Below, piece after piece: positions 10,846 to 24,399 of a DNA stretch of 64,000 nucleotides (the stretch's first letter is position 1; each line of letters starts with the position of its first letter). The translations under genes and the position numbers were made by a program. Where the stretch lies: the NCBI GenBank assembly GCA_013265495.1, contig MU058213.1, forward strand, positions 5,289,149-5,353,148, read 5' to 3'. The DNA is from Vicugna vicugna. Lineage: Eukaryota. The notes beneath the pieces were generated by a model. That model worked only from the letters and a program-made list of their open reading frames with translations. It had not been told where the DNA came from and made no database searches.

Positions 10846-13679
10846 ATACGGGGAGATGCTTTTCTCTGTGGGCTTAAGAGATCACTGTTTCTTTATGTCC
10901 TGATGCCCTGGGACTTTCCAGAGACACTCGGTTTGTTTGCACTGCTTTCTTTTGTTGACTGTCCTGTGATAAATTCTCCGGCATATTTCTATAGTTTTCT
11001 CTGAAAAGGCATGTAAAGTATTTCCAGAAACGTTGTTTTAATTTGAGCTCAGTATGTTAATTGGCTCTTCACTTTAAAGTGGTTTTCACGTATTGTTAAC
11101 AGGTTGAGTCAACGTTGTTGGGGTTTTCTCTATCTTGGAATCATTTTTTGTTTGGTTATCTTCTGTTTGGTTACCAATATGGAAAAGGCACTGGTTCTGG
11201 ATTCAGGAAACCCCAATTCTAGTCCTGACTATTCCCTTATTCACTGTATTATAGAGCCACTGAGATGTCCCCTACTTCCTCCAGTAGAAAATGTCCATTC
11301 TGATGTGACTGTATCCTCATGAGAAAGTGCCCAAGTTTGTATTAGGAGAGCTGAATCATCATTTTTTTAACTACAAAAGGAAAACAATTCCAACTTTTTA
11401 TGTATGTTACAAAGCTATTCTCAAAACTGTGGAATAAAGAGTTAGGGTGCAGTTGAGCTAAACAAATTATTTAAGTTAAATGTAATCATTTTCATCTTCA
11501 TAATCCAGCAAAAACAAGTACAGCACACTCTTAGGAACTGAGGACCAGAGATGTGCAGGAAGCGTCGTCTCATGTCAAGGAGCGCTGCGCTCAGCCAGCA
11601 GGGAGCAGAGTTGTAGCATTGTGTGTGTGCAGCGCTCGCAGGTGTGCAGCACTTTGGGGGTCAGAAGAGGAAGTGGTCATGTCTCCATGGGAACCAGAAG
11701 GATGGCATTTGAGCTGTACCTACAGGATAGGAGGGCATCTAGGCAAGACTGGCATGCTGGCAGGAAGGATGGAGCAAAATGTGGGAAAGCATTCCTGTAA
11801 AGGAATGCTTAGGGCATAGCTTGGATGATAAGCTAAGAGACTGATTTAGCAGAATGTCTGTCTCATCTTGTTACTCTGGGATATTATGTGTGGAAGGTGG
11901 TAGCAAGTCCTAGAGAAGTGTGATGGTAAATTATTGCCATTCAGCATTGTAAACAGCCAGGCAAAAGTAGAAAAAGGTCCAAAAGGGCTATGCGTGAATC
12001 AAAGGATTCCCAGGTATGAGAGAAATTCCTAGAGCCCTTGGCGGAGGAGGCAAAAAGAAAAAAAGAAAAAGAAAGGGTTGTGAGATGCCTGAAGGTGCAG
12101 CTAAGAAAGGGGTAAGATTTCACTCCCTTGGCCGCTGGCTACCACACCTCCCAAGGCACAGACTGGTCTCTGTTAACCCTTTCCTCACCGACTTCTGTAT
12201 CTCCTATCTCACAGTCATTCCCTTGTCCTGCTCCTCCTCCCCACCTCTAGAGCTACCGCTTTGGCCCTGGTCTGCCCCACTTCTGGAATAGTATAGGTAG
12301 CTCTGCATGATGACAATGAACTTCAGTTAAAGGTACGTGATACCAGATGAGTTCCCGTGGCGTGTGGGAAGCCGGAGTGCTCTGAGCCACTAGTGGGAGA
12401 AGAGGCTTTCTGGACTATTGTAATATAATTCTGTCCTCACTGCTTCTCACCTTGTACCACCACCCTCCATGCTTCGGAGAGAGTGCCTTTCAACATCTTA
12501 AACATGACCCTGCTGCTCTTCTCCATAGTGGCTTCCCATTGGCCACAGGATGAAGCCCAAACTCCTTGATGAGAGCTGTGACTTTGGAGCATTAATCATA
12601 AAACCATGTGTTAGAGAAGAGAACATTCGTAAGACCATTTAATCAAACCCTACAAGGGAATTGGACATCATCTAGTCCACATTTTTAATAAACTCTCCTC
12701 ACTACTTGTGATTATAAGAAATTCCTAGGTTCCTCCCAGGCCTGTTGGATCAGTCTCCCAAGGAAGGGCCCAGACAGAGTCTGCGTGATTAACAACTTGA
12801 GCTCCCCCAGAGCATTCTCATGTTCAGATGGTTTGTGGACCTGAGGAAGAAACACAAGTCCAAAGAGGCACATTGGTTGCAGAAGTCCAGAAAATGAGGG
12901 CCAGGACCAGAATGGAGGGTAGATGTAAATGGGACGACAGACCTCATAACAATGTCACCAAGGGTGTCCATGCCAGAGCCCAATCTGAAGTCCATAGTGG
13001 GGCTCCTGGGGGTAAGTGATCCCTGCAGGGAGGGCCTCCCTCTCACCCCCGTCAGCCCTGTGGGGCCACGCAGCAACAGTTCTAGGGCAGTGGGAGGGCA
13101 AGAGAGTGAAAAATCCTGGGCTGTGTTCCTGCTGAGGAACAAGGCAGAACATGGGGTACTTTCAGCCCCAGCTTCTAGTCATTCAGAGACAGCTGAAGAT
13201 AAGCAAGATTTGCCTGAGGGCAAAACTGTGAGCAGAGTAGAATTTGCTGCTGGTGTTTCCAGGCTTCCCTTTTTGCTTTCTTCCCCTCTTGTTGGTATCC
13301 TCACCCCTTCATCCCCCCAGGGTGTCCTTGTTCGCAGCTCTTTCCTCTCTCACTGCATAGAAATGCCTTTGTTGTCATCACCCACACTTTGATGGAGACA
13401 GTGTGTTGCCTTGACCAGGATTTTGTGCTATCCAGCTTTCTCTCTCCCTGTCTTTCACTCATAAATGCAAGCCTTAAAAAAGTGAAGTATTTTAGGCAAT
13501 AGTAGAAATAGAAAAAAAAGAAAAACATTTGCAATAAAAGGTCAAGGGAACCACCTTGCCCTCAAAATGAGCATTTCCCAAAGTTTGCCTTAAAGTTTGT
13601 TCAGTCTTTCAACTCACATTTTAAAAGTGAGGACCTTGTGTTATGAACTATGATACATATTTGACATCCAGGAGAGAAC

Positions 13680-14900
13680 AAGGAAAATATGGGGGAAAGA
13701 AAAGAACAACAATGAAAGAACAAGGCTTGGTCCTTTTCTTTGAGTTGCTCACAGTCCGTTGAGGATAAAAATTCAACCAGATAACACTGTAAGACAGGTG
13801 TGTGCATACCATGAATAGAAGCCTAGGGAAGAGAATAGTTAACCTTCTTTGAGTGGGACAGGAAAGCTTTACAGAGATGCTCCTTGAATGTGGACTTGAA
13901 GCATAAGGAGATCTTCACTAGGGAGTTAACAGGGAGAAGGAAGGACATTCCAAGCACAGGGAGCAGCACACATAAGGGTTCAGAGGCATGGAAGTTTGTC
14001 ATGGTCAAAGGAAAAATCTAAGCAAAAGAGCTCAGTATGGAAAGTGTAGAGTGAGTGGCAAGGAATAGGAGGAAATTATGCTGGAAAGGTAGGTTGGAGG
14101 CTAAGGGTCAGGTAAGTCATGTGGCAGATTGTAGTTTTCAAAGATGAGCTCATGAATGCATATCCCATCCAGCAGGATCTTACATTCCACCGCCAGGAGG
14201 CAGGGTCTCGTTCCCTCTCCATGAACCTGGGCTGCCTCTGTAACCTCCCTGACCAATAGGACATGGCAGGAGTGATGTTACATGATTCCCACGGCTGGGT
14301 CATGAAAGACATCGTGGCTTCTGCCCAGTGTACTTCCTCCTCCTCCTTCCCCTCCTCCTCTCCCTCTCCTCCTGCCTCTCTCCCTTTGTCTCTGGGCCCC
14401 TGTCTTCTAAAGTCAGCATGTTGTGAGGAAGGCCAGGTCAAATGGAAAGGCTGGTGTGGGTGTTCTGGCCCCAGAGGAGCCACAGCCAGCATCAAGCATC
14501 AGACATGAGATGAACAGGCCTGCGGGTGATTTTGGCCAGTGAGTCTCTTTGCAGGGCCCCAGACCTCGCCCAAGCAGTAAGAAACCATCCCTGCTGTGTT
14601 CTGCTTGGATTTCTATCCGTAGGGACTAGGAGAGACAATAAATGATTGTTACTGTTTTAAGCCACTAGGTTTTAGGGTAATTTCTATACAGCAGTAGATA
14701 ATGCATACAGTCATGCCAAGGAGTTGTACTCCTTCTTAAAAACACCCTGGAACCAATGAAGTTGTTTTCATCCGGGAAGTGGCAAAGAGATAGCAAATTC
14801 AAAAGACAGCCCTGGTGGCCGTATGGAAATAGGATGGTGGGGGGAGTTTGGTTTGGAGGCTGGGAAAACAAGGCTCTGCCAGTTATGCAGGCTAGGGGGA
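13680..14900 (-). mobile_element. L2 fragment interrupted by an MLT1 LTR
   Basis: Antisense L2-like sequence on both sides of 14120-14709. Confidence 0.55.
14120..14709 (+). mobile_element. MaLR solo LTR (MLT1H-like)
   Basis: TG...CA ends, a typical MLT1 3' end (aataaatgattg..ttttaagccactaggttttagggtaattt..cagcagtagataatgcataca), and GTCA duplicated on both flanks. Confidence 0.8.
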
Positions 14901-15514
14901 ATGGTAGGGCAGGAGAGCATCTGTGATTTTTTTAAGGAAAATTTTTAACTTTAGCTTGATTTAGAAACTCTCTTGCTTCTATGTACCCAAAGGTGAGAGT
15001 CAGTAAGGACAGCAAAATGCTTGATCTGATTGTCTCCCATCCTCCCCAGGCACGACCTTTTCCTCCGCCCCCTTATATCCAGATCCCGGCTCTTAGAGTC
15101 TGTTTTCTTGGTGCCCTCATCCTTCCCTAATGCTGTCCCCTGGCTAACAGCACACTCCTCCCAGCTGGTATCTTCTCCTTGCCTTCTCTCCGAGTATGAA
15201 GGTTATGATGTCGGTTTCGTAACCGAGAGTTTCTGTTGCCTCCAGCTCACCAGCATCTGGGGGCTTGTAGGAGGCATGGCAGGACATGTTTGAGGGAAAG
15301 AGGATCTCGACTGTTGAGGAGGTAGGTCCTGGCCTTTTAACACGGATGAGCGAAATCATAATCACGAGACTTATATGACTTACACTATTGAGTACGAGTT
15401 CGACACCAAAGATGATCGTAAATACTGGAAAAAGCAACATGTTCATTAATACAGATGGTTTGGTTGTATGGTGTTAATGATATATTATCATTCACCAGTT
15501 AGAGCAAGACTTAA

Positions 15515-16145
15515 TGAGACAGGACGGAAGGGGGCAGGGCACAGCCACTCAAGGAGTGACAGCAACCAAAATGGTGGAGGATTCACCTTCTGGTTGGCCT
15601 TGAGGATTAAGAGGTTTGACTTCTAATAGACCTTGAGCTTCATTATATGCTCATTGTAATAGCGTGATCAAGTAACATGCCCGCAGGCACCAAGACAGCC
15701 CCAAGGCTAACTGCAAAAGGCCAAAGAATGGGCGGTGGCCCAGTCCCCGGGAATCCCAGCCTCTTCCCCAGGGCTGTTGGGCTGATCTCACCTGTAGGCG
15801 TCTCAAACTACTGAGACCATAAAAAGTGACACCACCACGCCTAGGGGCCTTTGCGCTCTCTCTCCCCTTTGGGGACAGCCAGCACTCTGTCTATGGAGTG
15901 TGTGCCTAGTTTTATTTTAACCTCAGCACCCAATTCCCACACCTCTCTCCTTGCCTTTCTCTTGCCTTACACTCTATGCAGTATGCATCTCTCTAAATAA
16001 ATCTACCTTTACTCAACAGTAGCTCGCACTTGAAATCTTTCCTGAGTGAAGCCAAGGACCCACACTTGGCGGGGCATGTCCCAGGGGCTCAACCGAGACC
16101 TAGGACTTGGCCCTCCTCATGCCCCACATCCGTTTTCCTAAATCA
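15515..16145 (+). mobile_element. ERV1-class solo LTR, MER41-like
   Basis: TG...CA termini, perfect 4-bp TSD TTAA (15511-15514 and 16146-16149), ATAAAA TATA-like element and AATAAA. Internal blocks resemble MER41 as I recall it. Confidence 0.85.
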
Positions 16146-16879
16146 TTAACTGTTGCCCAGTATATATGGTAGAGTGTAAAAGTCTGAGATATTTAGGAAA
16201 GCAGTGTAGACCAAAAATAAAGTGAATTAAAACTTTTCCTTCACTTCATTTATGCTTCATTTTGCCCATGAAATATTAGACTCATCTCTAGATTTATCTA
16301 GGGGTAGCTGGCAATAATATCATATATGTACTGTCATGCATTTTTATTCATTTTAGTGAGATTTTTAAGTCAAGTTTTTCAGAGTTTATTGAGCAATTTC
16401 TTTTTATCAGGATCTTTCATATTCATTATCTTACTCAATCCTCAGATAAATTCATGAAGTAGTATTTTACCTCTGTTTTACACTTAGGAAAACTTGTCTG
16501 AATCTAAGTTAACAGACAGACTCAGGGTTAAATGCTTGCAGTGGTAAGGCAGGGCCTTGGGGGTAGGCATTTTGACTTTCAAATTCAGGATTCTTTTCAC
16601 TGTGGGCTAGAAAGTTTGGAGGATTCAGGCCGTTTTTTGTTTGTTTGTTTGTTTGTTTACAACAGCAGTAATCGAAGGTAAACTGTGTTTATTGGTTATA
16701 ATCATATAATTTGTTTTTATCCATGCAGTGACAAACTGACAAGTGATACTCACAGGGTTGGCTGGATGCTCAGAGCTTAGCTATTAAGCCTTTTCATCAG
16801 AGGCAGTTTTCACCAGCCCTGTGTGAACATCTGCCCCAGCCTCTCAATCATTCACTATTCACATTGTCAGAATCTGGCA

Positions 16880-17140
16880 GGCAGTCATGGTCCTTAAAAA
16901 GTCAGATTCTGGAGCCAACTATCTGGATTCAGATCCTAGCTTGACCTCTGGTGAGTTCTGTGACCTTTGGCAATTGTTCAACCTCCCTGTGCCTCAGTTC
17001 TTTCACCTTTGAAATAGAGATAATAACAGTGTCTATGTTGAGGGTTTGTTTTTAGGATTAAATGTGTTAATATAGATGAAGTACTCAAAACATTGCCTGG
17101 AACATAGTAAATGCTATGTACACATTAGACATTATTATTA
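16880..17140 (+). mobile_element. MIR SINE, near full length
   Basis: MIR core tgtgacctttggcaattgttcaacctccctgtgcctcagttctttcacc plus the 3' tail. Confidence 0.85.
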
Positions 17141-17394
17141 TCATTAATATTATTATTATCACAATTCCAGAAACCTAAAGGCAATCGACAAATAATTATG
17201 AAATCAGTGTTACAGTTTAACAGCACCCATTTATGTGGATACGTGTGTGTGGATATGTATATAGCTGTTTTTTGGGGTTTTTTTTTCTTTCACAGTCTAA
17301 TTTTCCAACCAAGGCTTAAGGGTTCCCATTATCTAGTACTTGAAAAATCTCTTTCTTCAATCATGGTAACTTAACAAAATAAGTGATGCCTTGT

Positions 17395-17575
17395 TGTTAA
17401 TTTGCTAGACCTGCCATAGCAAATTACCACAGAGTGAGGGGCTTAAACAACAGAAATTTATTTATTTTCTCACAGTTCCAGATCAGGGTGTCTGTTTTAA
17501 CTCAACCACCTCCTTTAAAGGTCTTGTCTCCAAGCATGGCTACATTCTGAGGGAAGCGGGTTAGGTGCAACACTT
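17395..17575 (-). mobile_element. MLT1A/B-like MaLR LTR fragments
   Basis: gccatagcaaattaccacagagtgaggggcttaaacaacagaaatttattt..ctcacagttc is an antisense MLT1 end. Confidence 0.7.
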
Positions 17576-17715
17576 TAATTTAATTAATAACATAATATAG
17601 CCCTTAACCTGACTATTCAGGTTATATTGACATGTTTACTGGGCAGGAGTTGTTGTTCCTCACTAGAATTACGTAAATCCCGGTAATTTCACAAGGTTAT
17701 TGTCCCAGATAGTAG

Positions 17716-18293
17716 TGACACAGAGCAGGACCCTGTGAGATCCTCCCTGGTCCAGATGCTTTTGGTGTCCCCATTTCTTGTTTGAAATAAATAGGCTTCA
17801 TTCAGCCTCCCTGGCCTTCCCTGAGTTCCAAAGAGACGATTCAAACAGTTGCTAATCAGGGAAGGGAGGGAGTGCAGAGACAAGGGAGGTACAGTCAAGA
17901 AGCAATAGTGCAGCCTTGGGGCAGGGTCCTGGTTCCTCCTCAAGGAACATGCATAACAATATCTTTGAGTTCTTCCACAGGAACTAAGGCCCCCACCCAG
18001 GTGGAGGATGGCAATTTCAGGCTGAGCACAAGATTCCTGGAACACTGCCCTGTTACCTCACCTCCAACCAATCAGAAGAAAGTCACATACCCTGCTGCCC
18101 TCACTCCAAATTTTGCCTATAAAAACTTCTCCCCGAAAACCATGGAGGAGTTTGGGCGTTTTGAGCACAAGCCACCTGTTCTCTTTTCTTGGCCCTGCAA
18201 TAAACCTTTCTCTGCTCCAAACTCTCTGAAACAAATGCTTCAGTTTGTTTGGCTTCCCTGTGTGTTGGGCACACAAACTTTTATTCTGTAATA
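17716..18293 (+). mobile_element. ERV1-class solo LTR
   Basis: TG start, TA end (decayed CA), perfect 4-bp TSD GTAG (17712-17715 and 18294-18297), CCAAT box near 18068, TATAAAAA 18118-18125, AATAAA 18199-18204. Confidence 0.88.
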
Positions 18294-19649
18294 GTAGGAG
18301 ACATGCATAGACACTTGTTTGAAAATATGGTAGCTTGTAAAATCCTCTTGGACTTTCAGCTGGACTGCTGAGTTCTATGCAAATGTATGTTAAAAAAAAA
18401 AAAAGCCACACCTGAGATTCCCCTGTGTGACTTACCAGGTGCTGCTATGCATATATACAACATAGAACCCTGTGGGACCCAGAAACTGGATCTGCCAGAA
18501 AATGCCACGGTTGATCAGAACATATTCTGTGCATTTACTTCAAAAGTTTTTGATAAACTTGAAAACAAGGTTAAAATTTGAAAATAGCTATAACTTGGCT
18601 TTTTCAAGGCAGTCAATAGAAGACCTGAGCATAAAGAAAAGAAGGGAGAATGGAAGGAAGAGCTAAGAACATCCTGGCACCAGAACAAGGAAATGCCAGG
18701 TTCACAATATGTGTCAATCAGCCCTGGGAGGTATCAGAATGTCTACATGAAGGGACAAGCTCCTGCAATGGGCTTAATCAAACAGCTCGAATCATCCTGT
18801 TACTCAGCCTTTGGTCCATGTGACAACATTTGGGGCTTGACGCCTCTTGGTAAAACAGTAGGGCAGGCCACTAGGCAGCAGGCTGCCACTAGTTATTAGT
18901 TGCTGATGACTTAAGCTAACAAAAGGATGTTATTACTGGTTGTTGATAAATTCATTCAAAGGGTAACATACCAGGAGAAAGAGTTCCAGTGCTGGAATTT
19001 TTCCCTATGCAGCAGTGGCCTATGTTTAGCTGAGGGGGCAAGATGGAGTCATTAACACTGAGCTTCTCTACATTAATTATGACAGATACAACAGGACTGC
19101 AGATCCTGACACCTTCAGGCTTGCAGCTGTACTATTATTTTGACTTACAAATCAAGTCCATCTTCTTGTGACCTCATCTTTTCTCCACTGCATAAAATTC
19201 AGAAGCACCCTCTGTAGACCTGCCCCAAGGTGGAGACAGCGAGGTCACATGCTGCTTGGCCCCTAGCCATGTTTTACCCCTATTGCAGGGATTATTTCAT
19301 AGACTATCACTAACACCAGAGGGTGGTATGATCAGGGCAATGAGAATGGAGTCAGTACAGTTCAACACCCACAATCTTCAGAATTATCTTGTCTGAGTTC
19401 CTGTGTGTTCCCCAGAATTCAATGACTTCATACATTCTTGTTCTTCCTCTCCTAAAGTACATTCCCCTTTTGATCAATAATTCTCAATGTTTCCTCACCT
19501 TTTATTTCTTTCTAATGTTTTATCCTCTTATAGAAAGAAATGAACCTCTGAATTTCTTCATACCTTTCTTTTCTGTCTTCCCATCGTAAGAGAATGACCA
19601 ATTTAATTTATCTGGCTAAAGCATGTTAAAATTATTGATAAGATTATGA

Positions 19650-19900
19650 AGCAGCTTTGATGTAACTGAAAGAGCCATGGATTTAGAAGTACAGGATCTG
19701 AATTTGCATCCTAATTCTTCTGTTTACCAACTCTGTGAGTCCAAGTCAGTTTTTTAATCTCTCTGAACCTCTGCATCCTCATGTATAAAATAGGGAAAAG
19801 AATACCTCTTTCAGGATTATACTGTCAATTATGTAAGGTACAGTTTATAAAAGTGTTAAACTTAGCACAGGGCCTTCCTTATAGAAAGTACATGATATAT
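19650..19900 (+). mobile_element. MIR SINE
   Basis: ttaatctctctgaacctctgcatcctcatgtataaaataggg core. Confidence 0.7.
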
Positions 19901-19929
19901 TTCAGTTAAACTCAAATATTTTGTACTAA

Positions 19930-20600
19930 TAATTAAAAAAAAATTTTTTATAGTGGAAATTTTCAAACATACACAAAAGGAGAGGAAGAATTCTAACAAA
20001 CTCCAACATACCCATTTTTCCACTGCTCAACTTATGTAAACAGTTTGCAAAACTCATTTTACCTTTCTCTCAACACTTTTTGTTCCTGGATCTTTTAAAG
20101 CAAATCCTAGACATTATGTTATGTCACATGTAAGTACTTTAGTATGCATCTCTAATCTATCACCATAACATTATTATACCTAACAGAATTAAGAGTGATT
20201 CCTTAATATCATCTACAACTGAGTTGATATGAAATTGTTGATTATTTTAAAGGGTCTTTTTTTTTTTAACAATTTGTTGAAATAAGGATTCAAACAAGGC
20301 CCATATGTTGCATTTATTATGTCTCTTAAGTTTCTTTGTTTTAAAAGAGTCCCTAATCCTTTGTATGTGGTTTTATTTGTTTTGGGGTTTTTTTGCTTGT
20401 TTGTTTTGTTATGTTTTTTTACTTTATGGCATCGATTTGTTAAAAGCAAACATGTTATTAGTGTCATGGAATGGTTCATTTTCTGGATTCAGCTGTTGTT
20501 CTGGATTCATGGTGTAATTTAACTTGCTCCCCTATCTCCTACATTTCCTATAAATTGGTGTCTGAACCTAAGGCTTGATTACATTCATGACAAATTTTAG
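19930..20600 (-). mobile_element. Old L1 (L1MC/ME-like) 3' region
   Basis: gaaattttcaaacatacacaaaag..tttaaagcaaatcctagacattatg..aggattcaaacaaggccca pattern. Confidence 0.65.
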
Positions 20601-21669
20601 AGTGGTGCTAGAGTTAAGGATCTTTTGAGGATGACTAATGATGTATTTTTAACTATTTCAAAGTCAGTCTCAGAAATCTTTCTCTGCCACAAACCCAGGC
20701 ACATTGTGATCTTGGTGGTAGCTCCATTCAATTGACTACAGAATCCTTTCACTGACAGTGCCATTGGATGCGGCTGTATTAATTCATTTTTGTTTGTTTT
20801 CCCTTTGTGTGTGTCTTTTTTAAAGGCTATAATCAGTGTTGTTTTGAAAACTATGATGCCCCTAACTCTAGAGAATCAACTATTTTTTAAGTCACTCACC
20901 ACTGATTTCATATATGTAGATACTTAGTTAGAATTAGTGTTGAGTCAAGTATATTTAAAACAATGAGTCATTGTCCCAAACAGAATACAATAGGAATTAT
21001 TCAGAAGACAATAATCATCTTCTCTGTGGTCATGCCTTAAATTAAAGATAACTGAAGTTTTTGATTCTGGATAACTCAGAATCGCAAAATACCTCTTGCC
21101 AAATTATCTAGATATTCTTTTGAAATGTTGAGTCAGTTCCCCTCGAGTAGTTTCACAAATAAGTATTTATTCTACCACTACTTTGAAAAGGTCAAGTTTG
21201 AGAGATGCTACAGATATACCAAGATAAGACATAGCACCTGCCCTCAAGGACTAAGTTTGGTAGGGAAGATAGTGAATATATGAAAAGCTTTTAAGTAAGG
21301 TATGTGACAGAATAGTGGCAAGAACAAAGCACTAGAAGTTTAGCTTAGAATAATTCTTGAAAAGTTTTTGGTGGCATTTGAGATGAACCTTGAAGATTTG
21401 GTAGAGTTTTTTTGGTTCTTGAAATATGGGGAAGGGTGGCTTTGGCAGGAATGGATAAATTAAAAACCACCTAAAATCCCAGGCTTGAAATCACTGGATA
21501 TAGTTTGCCTCTAGTTAAAGACATGAGATGGGATATGTCCATCCTTCCGCCTTCCCTTCCCTTCCCTTCCTTCTTAATTCAGAAGGTAAGAGAAAACAAT
21601 TAAAGGAAGATGGCATACAGTGGTATCAAGAAGTCAAAAGTCAAAAGAAACAGTTTTACTAAGAAGGGG

Positions 21670-22135
21670 AGCAGCATTATTCACAGCAGCCAAAAAGTGG
21701 AAACAATTCAAATGTCCATCAACTAATGAATGAATAAACACATTTGGTAAATCCATGCAATGGAATATTATTCAACCATAAAAAGGAATGAAGGACTGTT
21801 ACATATTACAATATGGATGAACCTTGAAGACATTATGCTAAGAAAAATAAGCCAGTCACAAAGGACTACATATATGATTCTGTTTATATAGAATGTCCAA
21901 AATAGAGAAATCCCTAGAGAGAGAAAGTGTATTAGTGTTGCCTAGGACTGGGAGGGGAGAAGGTAGGCGAATTGTGGGAAGACAACTAATTAGAGTGGGG
22001 TTTCTTTGGAGGTAATGAAGTGTTCTACAATGAATTGTAATGATCGGTGCACAATTCTGTGAATATATTAAAAGCCATTGGTTCATATACTTTCTCTGGA
22101 TGGATTCTATCTCAATCCAGCTGTTTAAGAAAAAA
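21670..22135 (+). mobile_element. L1MB-like 3' end inserted in an L2
   Basis: gcagcattattcacagcagccaaaaagtggaaacaa..tggatgaaccttgaagacattatgctaag followed by an A-rich tail. Confidence 0.85.
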
Positions 22136-22529
22136 ACAATGATGAAGGGAGTAGTCCATAGTATCAGTTTTTACAGGAAGGTCAAGGAGGATGAATACTG
22201 AGAAAGGGCTATAGGATTTAATGATTCACTGGTGACCTTTGAAAAGGGAATTTCTTTTCTGCAATTGTGGGAGCAGAAGTGAGTGGGTGGGGAGGAAGTG
22301 GAGGCAGAGCAGTCTTTTAAGAAATTTGGCTATGAAGGATAAGGCCATAGGACATCTTCCAACTTCCCCCTATTCAGTCCCACTTTTATTAAAAAAATCT
22401 TCTCATTAACATTAACTGTTTCTGAGGAAAATCATTCTTTGGGGTTAGGGTGACTCTCAACCTGAGCTCACTTTCCACTCTCAGTCCCAGAATTTTGCCT
22501 GATGTATTGTGTTTTCGCAGTTGAATCAT

Positions 22530-22990
22530 GAAGAAACATCAGAGACACTCTTGAAGGTGAACAAGATGGGAGGACTTGCTCTGCCACATATGAAGATTTA
22601 TTATAAAGCTACAGTAATTGAGTTAGTGTGGTATTTGTTCAGGGATAAGGAAACAAACTTCTGGAATGACTATAAAGCTCAGAAGCAGATCTACATGAGG
22701 ACTGACATTGGGGGTGCAGAGCAATGACGAAAAAGAAAGATTTTTTTAAACAAATGGGGCCAAAACAACTGCCAAATGAGGAAAAATGGTATCAGACTCC
22801 TGCCCCATACCAGACAAAAATAAATAGCTAACGATTAAAAATCAAATGCAAAAAGCAAAATTAGTAATCTCTAAGATTATGAAAAGAATATCTTCATGAC
22901 CTCAGGAGTTGTGAAGGATTTCTCAAATAAGATATAAAAAAACTGTAAAGGGAAAATTGCTAAATTGAACCCCATTTAAAGCTAAGAATT
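22530..22990 (+). mobile_element. Old L1 ORF2 3' fragment
   Basis: ORF 22509..22727 contains NKMGGLALPHMKIYYKATVIELVWY, an L1 ORF2 motif. Confidence 0.85.
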
Positions 22991-24399
22991 TTTAGTCATT
23001 AATTTTGCATTTAAATTTTTGTATTTTTTTCTTGAAGAAGGCATCCACATTGTATATCTGCAAGGACCACAAAGCCTGGATCCACAACTAGTCCTTTCAA
23101 ACAACACCTCCTCTGTTTCCCAAGCAAACTTTATTCCCAAAGACAGTATTCTAGATATAGGCTTTTTCTATTTACTGCTTAATCTTTAGGTTTGTGATAA
23201 TGTCATTGAAATACTTCTCTTCCTCAACCCAAGAAGTGTATTATAATCTCTTTGTAACAAAGGCTTCTATTCCTTTTGATTTGTTCATTACTACAATCAC
23301 CCATCATTTTGTGGAATAAGCCAGATCTCAAACCACAGTTGTAACTGACAGAGCTAACAAAACCACAGCCAACTCGAGATCACTTAAACCTACGAACTGA
23401 GATTTCAAGAGGCTAGGCCATCCACCACTACCTCTCTTGGTCCTAGTAACTGGTCAAACACAAAAGGGCTTCTCTGGCTCTTCCTAACTAAGCCTGGCAA
23501 AAAACTCATATATCAGTGTTCTGTAGCCCAGGTAGAATTGACCCAGCCATCTTTCTAGTTTAAAGTCATGGTTACTAACCTCACCAATAAACCAAGTGAA
23601 GGCAAAATTATTCTTCAAACCAATGCCTAAAACACCTATAATTTGAAGCTCCACCTATTTTGAGGTAAAATTTCCCTGGGGCTATAAGACATATTTCCCA
23701 ATAATTTAATTTCTATTCCAGCCAGGCTGAAATGAAACTTAACCTGTTCAGGCCAAAGTTATGCCTACCTAGATCACATTAAGGTCCACCATAAAGGACC
23801 ACATAGCAAATACAGGTATTAAGGCTGTGTTGGCCCTCTCCAGTTATAAACAGCCACAGAGCTGTAAAAACTTGCTAACAGCTGAATTCCCTCAAACTGG
23901 CAAAGGTGAAAAAACTATGTGCCTTCAAACGTGAACATCTTAAAGTGTCTCATGTGCACACCCCTCAAAGTTTCAACTACTACATGATATTTTAGACTCC
24001 ATATTGTCAGTCCTTGTTTATTTTTTTAAGATTTCTAGCCAAGCTGGAAACTAGGGATTTTAAGAGGCCAAGTTTAGAACCACTTGAGAAAGAAAACACA
24101 GGAGTTTTATAGACAGATATGCATTTTTTTTAAATTTAGCTTTTTGATGAACTGGGGAACACAGTTTCAATTTGCAGCCACAAAAGTGTCTTAATATGAA
24201 TGGAATGGTCCCAAACTGTAGGTCTCCCCTTTGCTGGAAGAGAGTCCATCCAGTGTCCGTTCATGAACTCAACACATGAAAATGGATCATAGTGCCCCCT
24301 ACTCCACATTTAATCTCTGAAAAAGACTCCAGAAGGGGACTTACCAAGCAGCTATTTCCCCCAGACTCACCAGTAAGATGTCTCTTCTCACTCAGCAGG

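Noticed and set aside
15515..18293. The two ERV1 LTRs as ends of one provirus
   Set aside because: They differ in sequence, each has its own TSD (TTAA versus GTAG), and the DNA between them contains MIR and MLT relics, not gag/pol/env.
23250..24060. A/C-rich stretch considered as a mitochondrial insertion (NUMT) or processed pseudogene
   Set aside because: I could not match it to any mitochondrial rRNA, tRNA or protein motif, or find a meaningful frame. It remains unassigned; BLASTN and Dfam searches would settle it.
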